A DNA stretch of 64,000 nt from Rhizodiscina lignyota (Eukaryota), in contig ML978131.1 of assembly GCA_010015805.1 (NCBI GenBank), positions 434,001-498,000 of the forward strand, given 5' to 3'. The notes beneath the pieces were generated by a model. The model made no database searches. It was not told the DNA's origin and saw only the letters and a program-made list of their open reading frames with translations. Both the position numbers and the translations under genes were made by a program. Shown here piece after piece: positions 38,880 through 52,024 of the stretch; within the stretch, counting starts at the first letter, position 1, and each line of letters opens with the position of its first letter.

Positions 38880-40976
38880 ATGCCGTATGGCGCTGCACCC
38901 TCCAAAAAGAACAAGAGTCGTCAGGCCGAGCCACTATTATCCGACTACTTACAATCAGATTCTTCTCTTGAGGCAGGTGATCAAGAGCAGACACCCGCGA
39001 CATCACGTCTGCTGTCAAAGCACGATGTACATCTCAAATCCATCACCGCTGCCTCATCATCATCTGCTTCCTCGATAACACTAGTGGAGAAACTCGACGC
39101 CATATCTCTACGCTCACCATTCCCAACTGCGTTCCGCTCACCTTTCGAGGCTCCGCTCACATCACCATTCCCGAAACCGGAGTATCATAAACATAGCCCA
39201 TACGCCACCGATGGGCAACATCCTGCAGAACTCAACACCATCCCGGAGGCATCTCCACTGGGCCGCAACCTAAAGTGGTCATCTGCCTACCTCCTCATTA
39301 TCTCTCGAGTCATTGGGAGTGGTATCTTCGCCACTCCTGGTGTCATTGTCCATAGTGTTGGTAGTGTCGGTCTATCATTATTACTATGGTTGCTCGGTGC
39401 TGTCGTTGCAGCATGTGGCCTGGCAGTTTCTCTCGAACTCGGGTGCATGCTTCCTCGATCTGGCGGCGAGAAAGTATACCTTGAATTTATCTACAACCAT
39501 CCGCGATTCCTAGCAAGCACTGCCGTAGCAGTGCAAGCAGTGTTGCTCGGCTTCACAGCCAGCAATTGCATCGTCTTCGGCAAATACCTTCTCTTCGCCT
39601 TCGACATCGAGCCCACGGAATTTGCACAGCGAGCATGTGCTTTGGGCCTCTTAGCTGTCGTGACAGTGCTGCATGGCTGTTTCCTCCGGACTGGTATCGC
39701 CATCCAAAATGCACTCGGCTGGATCAAACTTGTTGTTGTTGCTTTCATGGCAATAGCAGGCATTAGCGTGCTTATTTTCCGCCCTACCGCCACGGCACAT
39801 CATCACCATCACCACCACGCACACATAACTCATCATGATCTTATGATGACGCCTTCCCCTTTCACTTCGTGGGCGGCACTGTGGGCTGGGTCCAATTGGT
39901 CTTTTGGCACGCTCGCAACATCCTTCTTCAAGATATCCTTCGCTTACTCTGGATACGACAACGTCAACAACGTCTTGGACGAGGTCAAAGACCCCGTGAG
40001 GACCCTGAAGACAGCTGCGCCAGCTGCGCTAATCACGATTTTCATATTTTATTTCCTGCTTAATGTTGCATATTTCGTCGTTGTCCCGGTCGAGGACATC
40101 AAAAAGAGCGGCGAGCTCATTGCCGCATTGTTTTTCGAAAGAGTATTCGGCGAGGGCGCAGGAGGCAGAGTGCTTCCGATCTTGATTGCATTAAGCGCAG
40201 CTGGCGCGGTGATGGTCAGCACGTTCACGCAGGTAATATTGCCTTGTATCACAAAGACTCTTGAGCGCTGTTGTTAACCTAGTCGAACAGGCCCGCGTAA
40301 ATCAACAAATCGCCCGACAAGGCTTCCTTCCATTCTCCCGCTTCCTCTCATCCTCCAAGCCCTTCAACGCCCCTCTCGGCGGCCTTCTCGTCCACTTCAT
40401 CCCCTCAATGCTCGTCATCACTCTCCCGCCGCAAGGAGAAGTGTACTCCTTTATTCTCGAGACGAAAGGCTACCCCGCGCAGTTCACTTCGCTCGCTATC
40501 TGCGCCGGCCTGCTCTGGCTACGGTCGAAAAGACCTGACCTGCAGAGGCCGTTTAAGGCATGGCGGGGCGCCGTGTGGTTGATCATTTGCTTGAGCGTGG
40601 CGCTGATGGCGGCGCCTTTCTTCCCGCCGCAGAAGGGCAAGGAGGAGTTCAGCTTCTGGTATGGGACTTATGCAGTCGTGGGCATTGGGATGTAAGTTTC
40701 TTCTGCTGCATGATTTGCGCGGGGAACAGTGAGCGGGCAAGTTGCTAACGCTGTTTCTTTAGTATGCTCTTCGCCGTACTGTATTGGTACATCTGGATCG
40801 TTCTGGTGCCGAAGCTGTCGGGCTACAAGGTAGAGGAGGAAATGGATGTCTTGGATGATGGGACATCGATCACGAGCTTGGTGAAGGTGAGGGATAAAGA
40901 GGCTGAAGAGCAAACTCCGCTCTGGGAGCGGCTTGGGTTCTTGAATCCTAGAAACTGGTTTCCTGGGCGCTCGTGA
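38880..40976 (+). CDS. APC-superfamily amino-acid permease, Mup1/LAT (methionine permease-like)
   Basis: IGSGIFATPG, LELGCMLPRSGGEKVYL, FAYSGYDN..EVKDP, LRSKRPDLQRPFKAW. Introns 40233-40290 and 40692-40762. Confidence 0.88.
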
Positions 40977-41245
40977 GGCAGGATATCTCCGACGTCCGAA
41001 GCGTTAAGGAGAGGGATTTTGTACAAAGTAGCGCCATTGTATATATGGAAACGCCAAATGGAGACCAAAAGCGTATATTATGAATCAATATGACCACAGA
41101 GAGCTTTGAATTGATTCAGCCTAGGTTTGAATCAGAATCCGGACCACGTGTCGCCGTATCTGATTTCATGCGTGAAGATAGAAATTTAGAATTATGGTCT
41201 GGCCGACATGAGATGCTGATTTTCATATGATACAACATCGCTGAC

Positions 41246-42350
41246 TCAAGCATTGACAGGAACATTGGGTGCTGATCCCTTGCTCGTCTCATCCTCGTTT
41301 TGGATGATGGCTTTCACTGTCGCTTCAGCACTCTCCCACCACCCCTTCCACTGTGTTCCAAACACCTTGTCTGCCTTCGCGGTGTCGAACTTTGACAAAG
41401 CAGCCTTGATATTCGGGTTCCGCTCGCCTACCGGGACACGGTCACGCAGCCAAGGGAATACCTCTCGAATGCGGTTCGCAACCGCTGCGGTATCCATGAA
41501 GTCTTTAGCAGCAAAAAGATATCGCTCGTTCCCGGGGATTTGGGGCGACAATGAGCGTATATGAACTCTAGCGACGTCATCTACGTCTCTGTAGAATCTA
41601 TTAGCTCACAGTCGCATTTAAATCAGCATTTGTGCTTGCTTACAAGTAGTAAGGGAAGATGAAGCCGAGTGTGTCCCGATCGAATATCTCCCTGTACATC
41701 ATAGAAATGCCCCCAAGACCCGCCTTGTTGGGTTTGAACCCATGTTGAAGAGTGCGGCCTGTGATTGATGGCACAAGCAAGAACAACAACTCGAACGGGG
41801 GCTTGTTGCTCTCCACCCATTCCCATGCTTTCTTCTCAGAGTGGACTTTGGAGTACTGGTATGCGTTTGGCAGGTTCTGAAGTGCTTCTTCATGCGTAAC
41901 GGGGTTGTAGTCCTTCTCAGTGAACGTCTCTCCGCTCATCAGCTGGTCTGGTAATTTCATCACGGTGACCGCGCTGCCGGTAATGACCACGCGCTTGACA
42001 GATCCAGACGTTGCTGCTGCTTTGAGTACGTTCTCGTTGATGGCTACGGTGCCTTTGATCATCGTGTTTTCGAAGTCTGAGTCGCTAATCGGAGTAGCAG
42101 CGTGAATGATGCCTGAAGCGCCTTTTGCGGGCTCGTCAAAGACACCGGGAACTGCCATGTCAGGGATTTCCGTGAAACGGAGCTTGTCGTTGGAGATGTA
42201 GGAGGCATATTGTTTGGAGAGCGCATCTTTGGATTTCGCAAAGGAGCGAAGGATTGCGTTGACTGTGTATCCGTCCCGGAGCAAATGTTCAAGAATAACG
42301 GAGCCGGTGCCGCCAGTCGCGCCCGTAAAGAGCACGTGAGATCCAGACAT
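41246..42350 (-). CDS. Extended SDR, Gre2/aldehyde reductase II-like NAD(P)-dependent reductase
   Basis: VLFTGATGGTG, IIHAATP, VKRVVITGS, YQYSK catalytic motif; LDVDDVA after intron 41589-41643. Confidence 0.88.
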
Positions 42351-43639
42351 GATCGTTTACAAGAAGACTGGTAACAATATTGTAGAAGGAAGGTTGACCT
42401 TGTGACGGTCAAGCTGTTTATATGCATTTCGTCGACGACGTGGATAGCGTAGCCTGGCGAACCATGACCGGTCCGGACGAAAAAAAGCGAATATTGCCAT
42501 GTGGGTTCCTCGAAGTTTTGACGCGTCTCGTTGTAGGCCTAACTTTTCAAAGTGTTTGAGTATCGAAAACTGGCTGAAAGTGGTCATAGAGACGATTATA
42601 TTTGTCGTGTTGACTGAGGGTGACTGAGGCAGGAACCGGTTTGTCAAAGGGGCGTATTATTAATTGACAAGCACACCACCGCGCGCGGGACAAGCCACGG
42701 GCTATCGCAGCCAAAGAAGAGCTTGATAGTGGAAGAAATGAGGGGAAGACGGAGTTGATTACTATCGATGACTTCAATCTTGAAATTGAATTGGCTGCTA
42801 TGGATTCGCGTATGCAGAAGAGATTCTAAGGTTCCTTGGCTGTCTCGCGCGTCAGCCCACGGCAAGAGAAAGTTGCTATGTGAGTTGTGGAGAATATTCG
42901 GTATTAACAACGACCCCTTAGCCATTGGAAAGAAGTGAGAAAGAATGAAAGCATATTCCTTGTGCATCAATCAATACGGGCGTCTCAAACTGCTCATTGT
43001 ATCCGGCTACACGGCGATGCTTGTCGCCGAGCTAGATCGAATCCTCCTCAGAAGCGCACGACCTGGAATTAATCTGTCAAAAGCTTTGCGAGCATCTTGA
43101 AACTCTTGAGAAGGTCTTTTTGGAGGGACGTCGATATCCTGTCACATCTTTTTATCCCAATGATCTAATCGCTTGTGACAAGTGATGTTTGAGTGGCTTT
43201 CCTTTCTGCTTCAGGTACTCTAGAGAGACGGGCCAGTTATGGGAGATGGGAAAGGGGCTACATGATAGCTTATGGGGATCATATATGGAAAGACCATGTT
43301 TGAGACTACATGTTGTAGATAGATATCCCAGTAATATCGTTGGGAGTTGTGTAACTTCGAGGAAAAGGTTCTTGTGCAGAACCTTTACCGTAGATGTCCA
43401 ATCTCAGTTGTAGCTCACCGAAAACGCGCAAACGCGAACGCGCTCTAGCGACAACTCCCCACTCACTGTCCACATTAACCATCGCATTCCTACACGGACC
43501 ACTACTACTATAACTCTGACCAGGCCACCCTCATAAAGCGTGCGATTTCCACAACACGCTCTGCGTAACTTGCGTCGGTCTTGTCAAGCTCAAAAACACG
43601 TTTGGCGCCTCTTGAAGGTAGCCCGAAGCAGACGCGACC

Positions 43640-46600
43640 ATGGGCAAACTCATCCGCCTTGAGCTTTTCAGTGCGTCCTTGAATCTATGTTGCGATGCTG
43701 GGGGTATGCGCTAATGCTCGGCAGACTTCAAATCTTATAAAGGTCATCACGTTCTGCAGTTCGGCGACTCGTACTTTACGTCTATCATCGGCCCCAATGG
43801 CTCGGGCAAGTCCAATTCGTAAGTCTCGATGCAATTTCTCCACTGTAGAAAAGTGGACACTGAACTCTGTATTACAGTATGGACGCGATCTCCTTTGTCC
43901 TAGGCATCAAGTCATCGCATTTGCGCTCCACCCATCTTCGCGATCTAGTCTACCGTGGACGTGTCCTGCGCACATCAAAGATTGGCGCAGATGGCGCTGC
44001 CACGGAACAGAATGGAGACGACGGCACCAACGGCGTGACAAATGGTCATGTTGATGGCGATGAAGAAGATGGCACACAGACCAGCAGTCAGAGGAACGAC
44101 CCCCAGACGGCCTGGGTTATGGCTGTCTATGAGGACGATGCCGGCGAAGAACAAAAGTGGAAGCGAAGCATCACTAGTGCCGGCCAAAGCGAGTACCGTA
44201 TCAACAACCGGGTCGTAGGCGCAAAGCAATACAATGAAGCGCTTGAAGCGGAAAACATCCTGATCAAAGCACGTAACTTTCTCGTCTTTCAGGGCGATGT
44301 TGAAGCAATCGCGAACCAGGCGCCGAAGGATCTGACGCGTCTGATCGAGCAGATCTCTGGCAGCGTAGAGTACAAAGCGGACTATGAACGTCTAAAGGCT
44401 GAAGCGGAGAAAGCCGGCGAAGAGCAAGCTTTTAAGCTCAATCAGCGTCGTGCGATCAATTCGGAGATTAAGCAGTATCAGGAGCAAAAGAGGGAAGCCG
44501 ACAGCTACCAACGCAAGGCTGAGGAGCGCGACCAAGCGCTAGTCACGCACGTGCTCTGGAAGCTCTATCACTTCCAGCGAGTCATGGACGAGTCTGGTGC
44601 CGAAATCGAGAAACATCAAGAGGAGCTCAAGGAGTTCCGTCGTGGGGTTGAGAAGTATGAGCAGCGTCTAGAGGACGCGCGGAAAGAACAGTCGAAGGTC
44701 AGCAAGGAGGTCTCCAAAGCTGAGCGCAATATCAAGCGCAAGGAGAAAGACATCGAAGAGAAGGAAAATAGCCTCGTCCCCATCGATGAGAAAATCGCCA
44801 TCTCGAACAGCAACTTGAAGAAATACGAATCGCGCATTGCAGAGATTTCGAAGGAACGCGATAGCCAGGCACGGAACGTTGATCAGCTCAAAAAGGATCT
44901 CTCCGCAGTCCAGAAGGCCCAAAGTAAATGGGAAGCAGAGTGGCAACAAGCGACGCAACAATCTGGCCGGCAATTAAGCGACTCAGATCTTCAGGATTAT
45001 AACAAACTTCGTACGCAAGTTACAAAGCGTACCGCTGCTGATCAAACACGCATCGACACGCTAACGCGCCAACTCAAGACTGACGAGGAGACCGCGAATA
45101 ACCTTAAGAGCAAAGTTGAATCTTCCCAAGCTCAGGCCACCAAGCTCGATGCGGAGATCCAGGACCTGCGCGAGCGACGCGATAGCTACAACAGCCAGTT
45201 CAAGCAAACTCAGAAAGACATTGACGCAAAAAAGAAGGAACACAATAATCTCACATCTGAGAAACGTCGTGCTGAGCAGATGCATAGAGAACTCGAAGAG
45301 AAGCATCTCGAGGTCCTGAGGAAGCTTCAGGAGGCCGACGATGGCAGGCGCGAGAGCGAGAAAGAGATTCGCGCTAAAGAAACGGTTGCCGCGATGAAGC
45401 GCATCTTTCCCGGTGTCCGTGGACGACTTCACGAATTGTGCAAGCCGAAACAGAAGAAATACGAGACAGCTGTGAGCACAGTGCTTGGTCGCCATTTTGA
45501 TTCTGTGGTGGTGGACACCGAAAAAGTGGCTAAGGAGTGCATCCAGTATCTTCGCGACCAACGTGTTGGCCAACTCACTTTCGTGCCCCTGGATACCATT
45601 CAAGTAAAGGCTGTCAATCCGAACCTGAAAGGCATGCACCGCGGAATGCGTTTGGCCATTGATACCATCGAGTATGACAACGTGGTGGAGCGCGCCATGT
45701 CGTATGCGTGCGGCAACGCGATGGTTTGCGATGACCTTAGTGTCGCGAAATATCTCGTGTTTCAGAAGAACGTGGAAGCCAAGGCAGTCACCCTGGACGG
45801 TGGCGTTATTCACAAGGCCGGTTTGATGACTGGTGGTCGTGGTCCGAACGACCGCAATGCTCGCCGTTGGGAAGATGCTGAAGTTGAGAACTTGCGACGC
45901 ATGAGGGACAAGTACTGGGCTGACCTCAATGCGCTGCCAAAAGCATCTCATGCAAGTGCAGAAGAGGACACGCTGCTTGCAGAATTGTCAGGCTTGGAGC
46001 ACAAACTCAGATATTATCAGGAGGAAGTCAAGGCCCTTGATCGAAATATAGAGTCTAAGAAGAAGGAGCATGCTTTTGTAAAGAACCAGCTCGACGAGGC
46101 CTCTCCAAAATACCACGACCAGGCACAGAGCGTACAGGCACTCAAAGACGCCTTGAAGGGCCATCAGGACACTGTCAGCGAAGTCGAGGACGAGGTATTT
46201 GCTGATTTCTGCAATCGTCTTGGGTATGACAGCATCCGCTCGTACGAAGTCCAGCAGGGCTCGTTACAACAAGAGGCTGCGCAAAAGAAACTCGAATTTA
46301 CGACACAGCGCACAAGACTTGAGAATCAGCTCAGCTTCGAGACACAACGACTTGAATCGACGAAAGAACGAATCAAGGCCCTGGAGAACCAGGCCAAGAG
46401 AGATGAGGATTTGATAGAAAGCCTTGAGACAGAGAAAGATAGCATCCAAAGCGAGCTAGATGTCCTCAATGACGAACTGGAGCAGCTTGAGAAGGAGGTC
46501 GAGAAGCTGAAGGAGCAGAACACTGAGAAAGCCGAGAACGTCGCCCAACAACGCCGCGAATTGCAAAAGCGCAGCAAGAACGTGGAGGCTACGCTCAAGA

Positions 46601-47636
46601 CTATCACAAGCCTGGAAGCTGAAGCTCAGAGAAATGCTGCAGGCAGATATAATCTTCTCAGGAAATGCAAGATTGATGAAATCAAGATTCCATTGACTGA
46701 GGAGTCAGAGAAGCTAGAGAGCTTGCCTTTGGATGACATGCTTGCGGGTGGCGAGGCCGATCCTGATGCTATGGATGTTGATGGCGACGATGACAATGCG
46801 GGCGTCGGCACTGCGGAAGTGAAAGACTATGGAATTGAGGTTGACTTTGATGAGTTGGACGATGACTTGAAAGAGGATGGGTCCGAAGCTCAAGAGTCAA
46901 ATCTTCTGGAAATCATCAACACCATTGCCTCCGAGCTTGAAAAGATGGCACCCAATATGCGCGCTGTTGAACGTCTCGAGGGCACGGAAAACCGATTGAA
47001 AACCACAGAACGCGACTTCGAATCTGCACGCCGCTCTGCTAAACGTGCAAAGGATGACTTCGAAGAAGTCAAGGAGAAACGACTTGAGCTCTTCGATAAA
47101 GCTTTCAATCACATCGCAGACCAAATCGGACAGGTATACAAGGAACTGACGCGATCACTCGCATTCCCCATGGGCGGCTCTGCTTATCTCGACAAGGAAG
47201 ACGATGATGAACCGTATCTTTCCGGCCTCAAATATCACGCAATGCCACCATTGAAGCGCTTCCGAGACATGGAGCATCTGTCTGGCGGTGAGAAGACAAT
47301 GGCCGCGCTGGCTTTGCTGTTTGCGGTGCACAGCTACCAGCCAAGTCCTTTCTTCGTTCTGGACGAGGTTGACGCAGCTCTCGACAACGCCAACGTTGCA
47401 AAGATTGCGAATTACATCCGCGACCATGCCGGTCCCGGCATGCAATTCATCGTCATCAGCTTGAAGACTGGGCTGTTCCAGTGCAGCCAGACGTTGGTGG
47501 GAGTCATGAGGGACCAAGTGGTCAACAGCTCGAGAACGTTGACTCTCGATGTGAGTTCCTTTCATACCCCCGAAAACGATTATTATTGCTAATGTCTTCT
47601 CAGTTACGGAATTATCAAGAAGTCGCAGTCAGATGA
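43640..47636 (+). CDS. smc1: Cohesin subunit SMC1
   Basis: MGKLIRLELFNFKSYKG, Walker A GPNGSGKS, hinge (PGVRGRLHELC), LSGGEK signature, FFVLDEVDAALD. Introns 43671-43724, 43819-43877, 47551-47603. Confidence 0.97.
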
Positions 47637-48741
47637 TATATCTCTTTCGGTATACGCCACATTTCCTCTTCTGGCGTTCTTTCTTCTTCTCACTTGGTAA
47701 AGGGGACTACCCTTTGATGAGGAGAGCGTGGAGTTATGAGACGTCAAGTGTGAACGATTCCTCTTTCTATGAGCTTTACGATGACTAAGGCTACGTGATC
47801 TTAAGTTCTTAATTCTATTCAATGCAAGAGGACTTATACAGGATCCCTTCGAATTGACTGACTTTATTCTCCGCTCTTGCTCCCACTTAGCTGCAGCGGT
47901 TTCTGGTGCCTCGACGTGCGGTCTTGTGCATATTCGACCCCTCTATGCACATCTTGCTTCCAGTGCTCACGGATGCGTTCAACTGTCAGTCGGCTCGCTT
48001 TGCTGTGCTCCGCATTCCCCATGGCACTGTGTCATGGCGAGACCATACTTCCTGTTATAATGGTTTGCTTGAAGGAGAGAGGTAATGGAACCTGAAATTA
48101 GGTAGCTATGACTTGACACATGCCATAAGGATGACATTGATTCCAATGAATGTGCTGAGGAGCCAAGGAACGTCTTTGTCCGAATACATCTGCGAATTTT
48201 GACTTCGTTACATAAACGCCTCACTCCTCCTGTCGGTGAATTGATTATCGATTGAGCAGTCGCCGTTTTACATGTATGTGGTTCTGGATTAGTAAAAGAA
48301 TGCAATGTTAGACCAATGGAGACCAGGGTATCGCTTTCTTCATCAATTCTGCTGTCACCGGGTCGGTATATTATTCGTGGGCGAGTGAACGAAAGGTTTC
48401 AGCATTCAGCGCTAGGACCAAAGAGGAAATCGCCGATTCAAACTCCTTCATGTCCAAAGCTGCCGGCAGGATGCAAGCGACCAAGTCTCACCCGAATTCT
48501 CCGTAACGACCGTGAACAGAACTAAAATGGAGAAAGAGTGGCGAGGCCCTTCCTGCAATGCCATTGTTGTGGGGACTGATATCGTACTCCGTTGCCTCTT
48601 GGGGCGATTTCCCCGGACTGAGCAACGCGTGCAGTAGCTCGTATTCAAATCTCGCGCTCCTTCAGTCCAATATCGATATTGTCTTCTGCGTCTCTCGTTC
48701 AATTTCTGTCCATGTCAAGGCCTTCCCTATCGTGAGTCAAG

Positions 48742-50608
48742 ATGGTTGTACTACACAAAGGCGACAGATTGCAGTTCATACCTCGCCATGTTGGACCAAA
48801 TGTCCTGCCCCAGTAAGAAAGTCCAGGAAGCCTATGCCTAGACAGTGCACTTACGGATATGCTTCAGATTCTTGCTCTTCGAAAGAATGGTGAGATGGGC
48901 AGCTCTCCAGCCACATCTTATAGCAGTAAAGGACTTGACCTTTGGTCACACTGCGAGTTACGCTCAGCTCCTCACCGATATCCTCGCAATGAAGAATGCT
49001 CTTCGTTCGAAATTGAGTCCCGATTTGATCAAAAAGCTTGACAACGACGAAGAAGTTTTCATCAATCTTCTCGCAACTCCAGGCTACGAGTTTACGGTGG
49101 GTTTCTTGGGCATAGTTGCTCTTGGGGCAGCTGTATCGCCGTTGTGTACGTTTGATTCAGATTTATCACATGCGCTTATCGGATCTTTGCTGACTACTTT
49201 CCAGCACCAGAATGGCCAGCTAAAGAGGCAGCTACATTGGTGAATCGTGCAAGTGCATCGGCTCTATTATCGACGCATAATTGCTTGCCAAAAGCAAAAG
49301 AAGTTGCTCAAATGGTATCCTCAACCACGAACCCTAGTTATTACTGCGTGGAGGTAAAGCCGTATATCATGAATCCTCCTTTACCTACCGATCAAATACA
49401 CATCAGCTCCGGTCTTTCACTTGATCTTGACGGATCTGGCCTCATCATTTTCACCTCCGGCACAACTGGACCACCCAAAGGCGCTGTTCGACGCCGGTCA
49501 TTCTTCATCGACCACTGCATGCACGTTGCGGATACTTTTGGCCTCACCACTGGCGAAACTGTGCTGCATCAGCTTCCAGTGCACCATATCACCGGCGTTG
49601 GTTTCACTCTCTGTCCTTTCCTGCTCTCCGGCGGCTGTATCGAGTTCAAGACTGGCGGGTTTGACACTGTTTTCACCTGGGAGCGGATTTCCAAGGGCGG
49701 GCTTACATATTTCTCTGGCGTACCCACGATCTACATGCGTCTAATGCAATATTACGAGCAAAACCTGGCAACCCTACCCCCTGAGAAACTTAAGCCGTAT
49801 CTCGACGGTATCTCCGGATTCAAGCATCTGATGTGCGGGACAAGCGCATTGCCGCGGCCTCTGCAAGAGAAGTGGACCAAGTTAAGAGGCGGAAGGAGGA
49901 TCATGACTCGTTACGGTGGTACAGAGTTTGGTAGTGGATTCGTTGTACCCCCCGGAGCTGATGATTGCCCGCCAACGTCGGTTGGTATTGTCACTCCTGG
50001 TGTCGACCTGAAACTGTCTGAAGGCGACGAGGGTGAGATTCTGATGAGGAGTCCCACAATGTTTGCACGCTATGTAAACGATCCTGCGGCGACAGCTGCG
50101 GCGCACACACCGGACGGATATTACAAAACTGGAGATATTGGACGAAGAGAAGGCAAATACTACTACATTCTCGGCCGTGCTTCCGTTGACAGTAAGTGGT
50201 TCCATCTGATTGAAAATGCCGCGATGCTTATTCATGACAGTCATGAAGTCTGGAGGCTACAAGATATCAGCGCTCGATGTTGAGCGAGAGATACTTGGAT
50301 TGCCTTACATTTCGGAGGTCATGGTCTGTGGTGTGGAAGATGAAGAATTTGGCGAACGAGTTGCTGCTGCGATTGTGCTGAAAGGGAGGGAGGACTTGCC
50401 CATCGACGACCTGAGAAAAGACCTTCGGAGCTCGCTACCAGGTTACCAGATGCCAACACTTCTCAGAATTGTGAAAGATATACCAAAGAACGCCACAGGA
50501 AAGGTTATGAAGAAGCAATTGCGGCCACAAGTGTTTCCACCCGGGGGCCATCCAGACATACAACGCTGGGTCAGGCCAGCGAAGAGAGCCCCGGAATCGC
50601 GAATTTAA
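48742..50608 (+). CDS. Acyl-CoA ligase, malonyl-CoA synthetase/ACSF3-like, probable peroxisomal (-SRI)
   Basis: FTSGTTGPPKG, LPVHH, RYGGTE, YKTGD, GRASVDIMKSGGYKISALDVERE, PKNATGK. Introns 48813-48867, 49146-49204, 50192-50240. Confidence 0.88.
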
Positions 50609-50782
50609 GTCACTGGAATATGAAGAGACTTGGATCACTGATCCTTCCTACATTTTGTAGAGTAAATACCTCAGACATAGATGTGTAGTCCCAACGGACT
50701 TGTTGAATAGTCGGTCAAATTGCGTAGCTCCTATATCAAGCAATGACCTTCTAATATTTCAATGCGCATTCTCAAGCTCTGC

Positions 50783-51591
50783 CTACAACTTCAGCTTTGG
50801 CCTCCTGTTCGTCGGTCTGCTGTGTACATAGCTCAACTTTTGAAACTTCTCTGCGGCGTCTCCGAGCAGCTCGTTGCGCAGGACGCCATACACACCCATC
50901 TTCGACTTGCTCTTCCACTTCTCTGCGTATTGCAAAGCGACATCGAACATCTGCTCTGGTTCTGCGATCGCATCTACAACGCCGTCTTGGAAAGCTTCCT
51001 TGCCCGTAAATTTGTGCGCCTCCAACAGCACTTTCCTCGCAACCTGCGGCGCCAGCTTCGCTCGTAACAACGAGCCCATACCATCAAAGTGCAGACCCAG
51101 ATTTGCCGGGGGCATCGAAAAGAAACCTCGGCGAGAGTTCATAATTCGGTAATCGTGAGACATTGCAAGAAGGCAAGCGCCTCCAAAAACGTGGCCGGTG
51201 ATGAGCGCAATTGTTGGATACGGGAAGTCCACAATTGTGTGGAGGAGGGGATAGAAGCCATCGGAGCTGGTGAACGCAGAGCTGTCGCGCTCGTCAAGAT
51301 CAAGTCCCTGACTTAACCATTACTTTTTATTTTTTTATTTGTGAGTCGAACATCTTCTCTTACAGTTGTGAAATATTTGTAATCGTTTCCCTTCAGAATC
51401 ACGGCGCCATCAGAATCGGGCCCACCCTCCTTGTTACCTCCCAATTCGTTTTGAATGTCGTGGTAGACCTTTATCATCTTTTGGCAGTATTTTACATTGA
51501 GCCGGTTTTCTGGTCCGCGTTTCATAGTAATGACGAAGATGTTTCCCGGTCGTCGCTCGACCAAAAGGTCGTCTCCGTACGAAGCCTCCAT
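50783..51591 (-). CDS. Crotonase-fold (enoyl-CoA hydratase/isomerase family) protein, PTS1-like end (-PKLKL)
   Basis: ENRLN, FTTGLDL (across intron 51308-51363), PTIALITGHVFGGACLLAMSHDYRIM, EAFQDGVVD. Confidence 0.88.
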
Positions 51592-51856
51592 CTTGCTGTT
51601 GTTGATGGTGGAGCTGCCAACCTGACTGACGTGAAAAGAAGCTACATAGAATTCCTCGGCACAGCACGCAAGTCTATCAATTGCTGGTCTTACTGCGCGG
51701 TCAAGGCCTTCCTCGCGTGACGTCCGGCTATCGCGTCGAGCTCCGTGTGGGGAAAGGTGGATAAGTGCCGAGAAATGTCGCAAATTTACCGTTTTGGGGA
51801 AAATCCGAACCCCAGATCTGCTTCGACCCTGCATCTTCTCCGATCCACTTTCCTGT

Positions 51857-51887
51857 AATCGCCGCAATGGGGAGTTGGCCGGCGATT
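51857..51887. promoter_or_regulatory. Inverted repeat AATCGCCG-N15-CGGCGATT in the divergent promoter; candidate Zn2Cys6 site
   Basis: Perfect 8-bp arms; the same half-site recurs at 48428-48435. Confidence 0.5.
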
Positions 51888-52024
51888 TTCGGCGACTGAG
51901 GCTCATCAGCTCATCCTCACGTCGTGGCCGGCTGAGCAGTTCATCATGAAGAGACAAATAGCTTTATATAGGGGCAGTATAGAGAGTCTCTGAATCGAGC
52001 GGACGGAAAGTCAAATGTGAGGCA

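Noticed and set aside
41246..42350. SDR reductase and permease as members of the peroxisomal cluster
   Set aside because: Separated from it by SMC1; the reductase has no PTS1 and the shared motif was not seen there.
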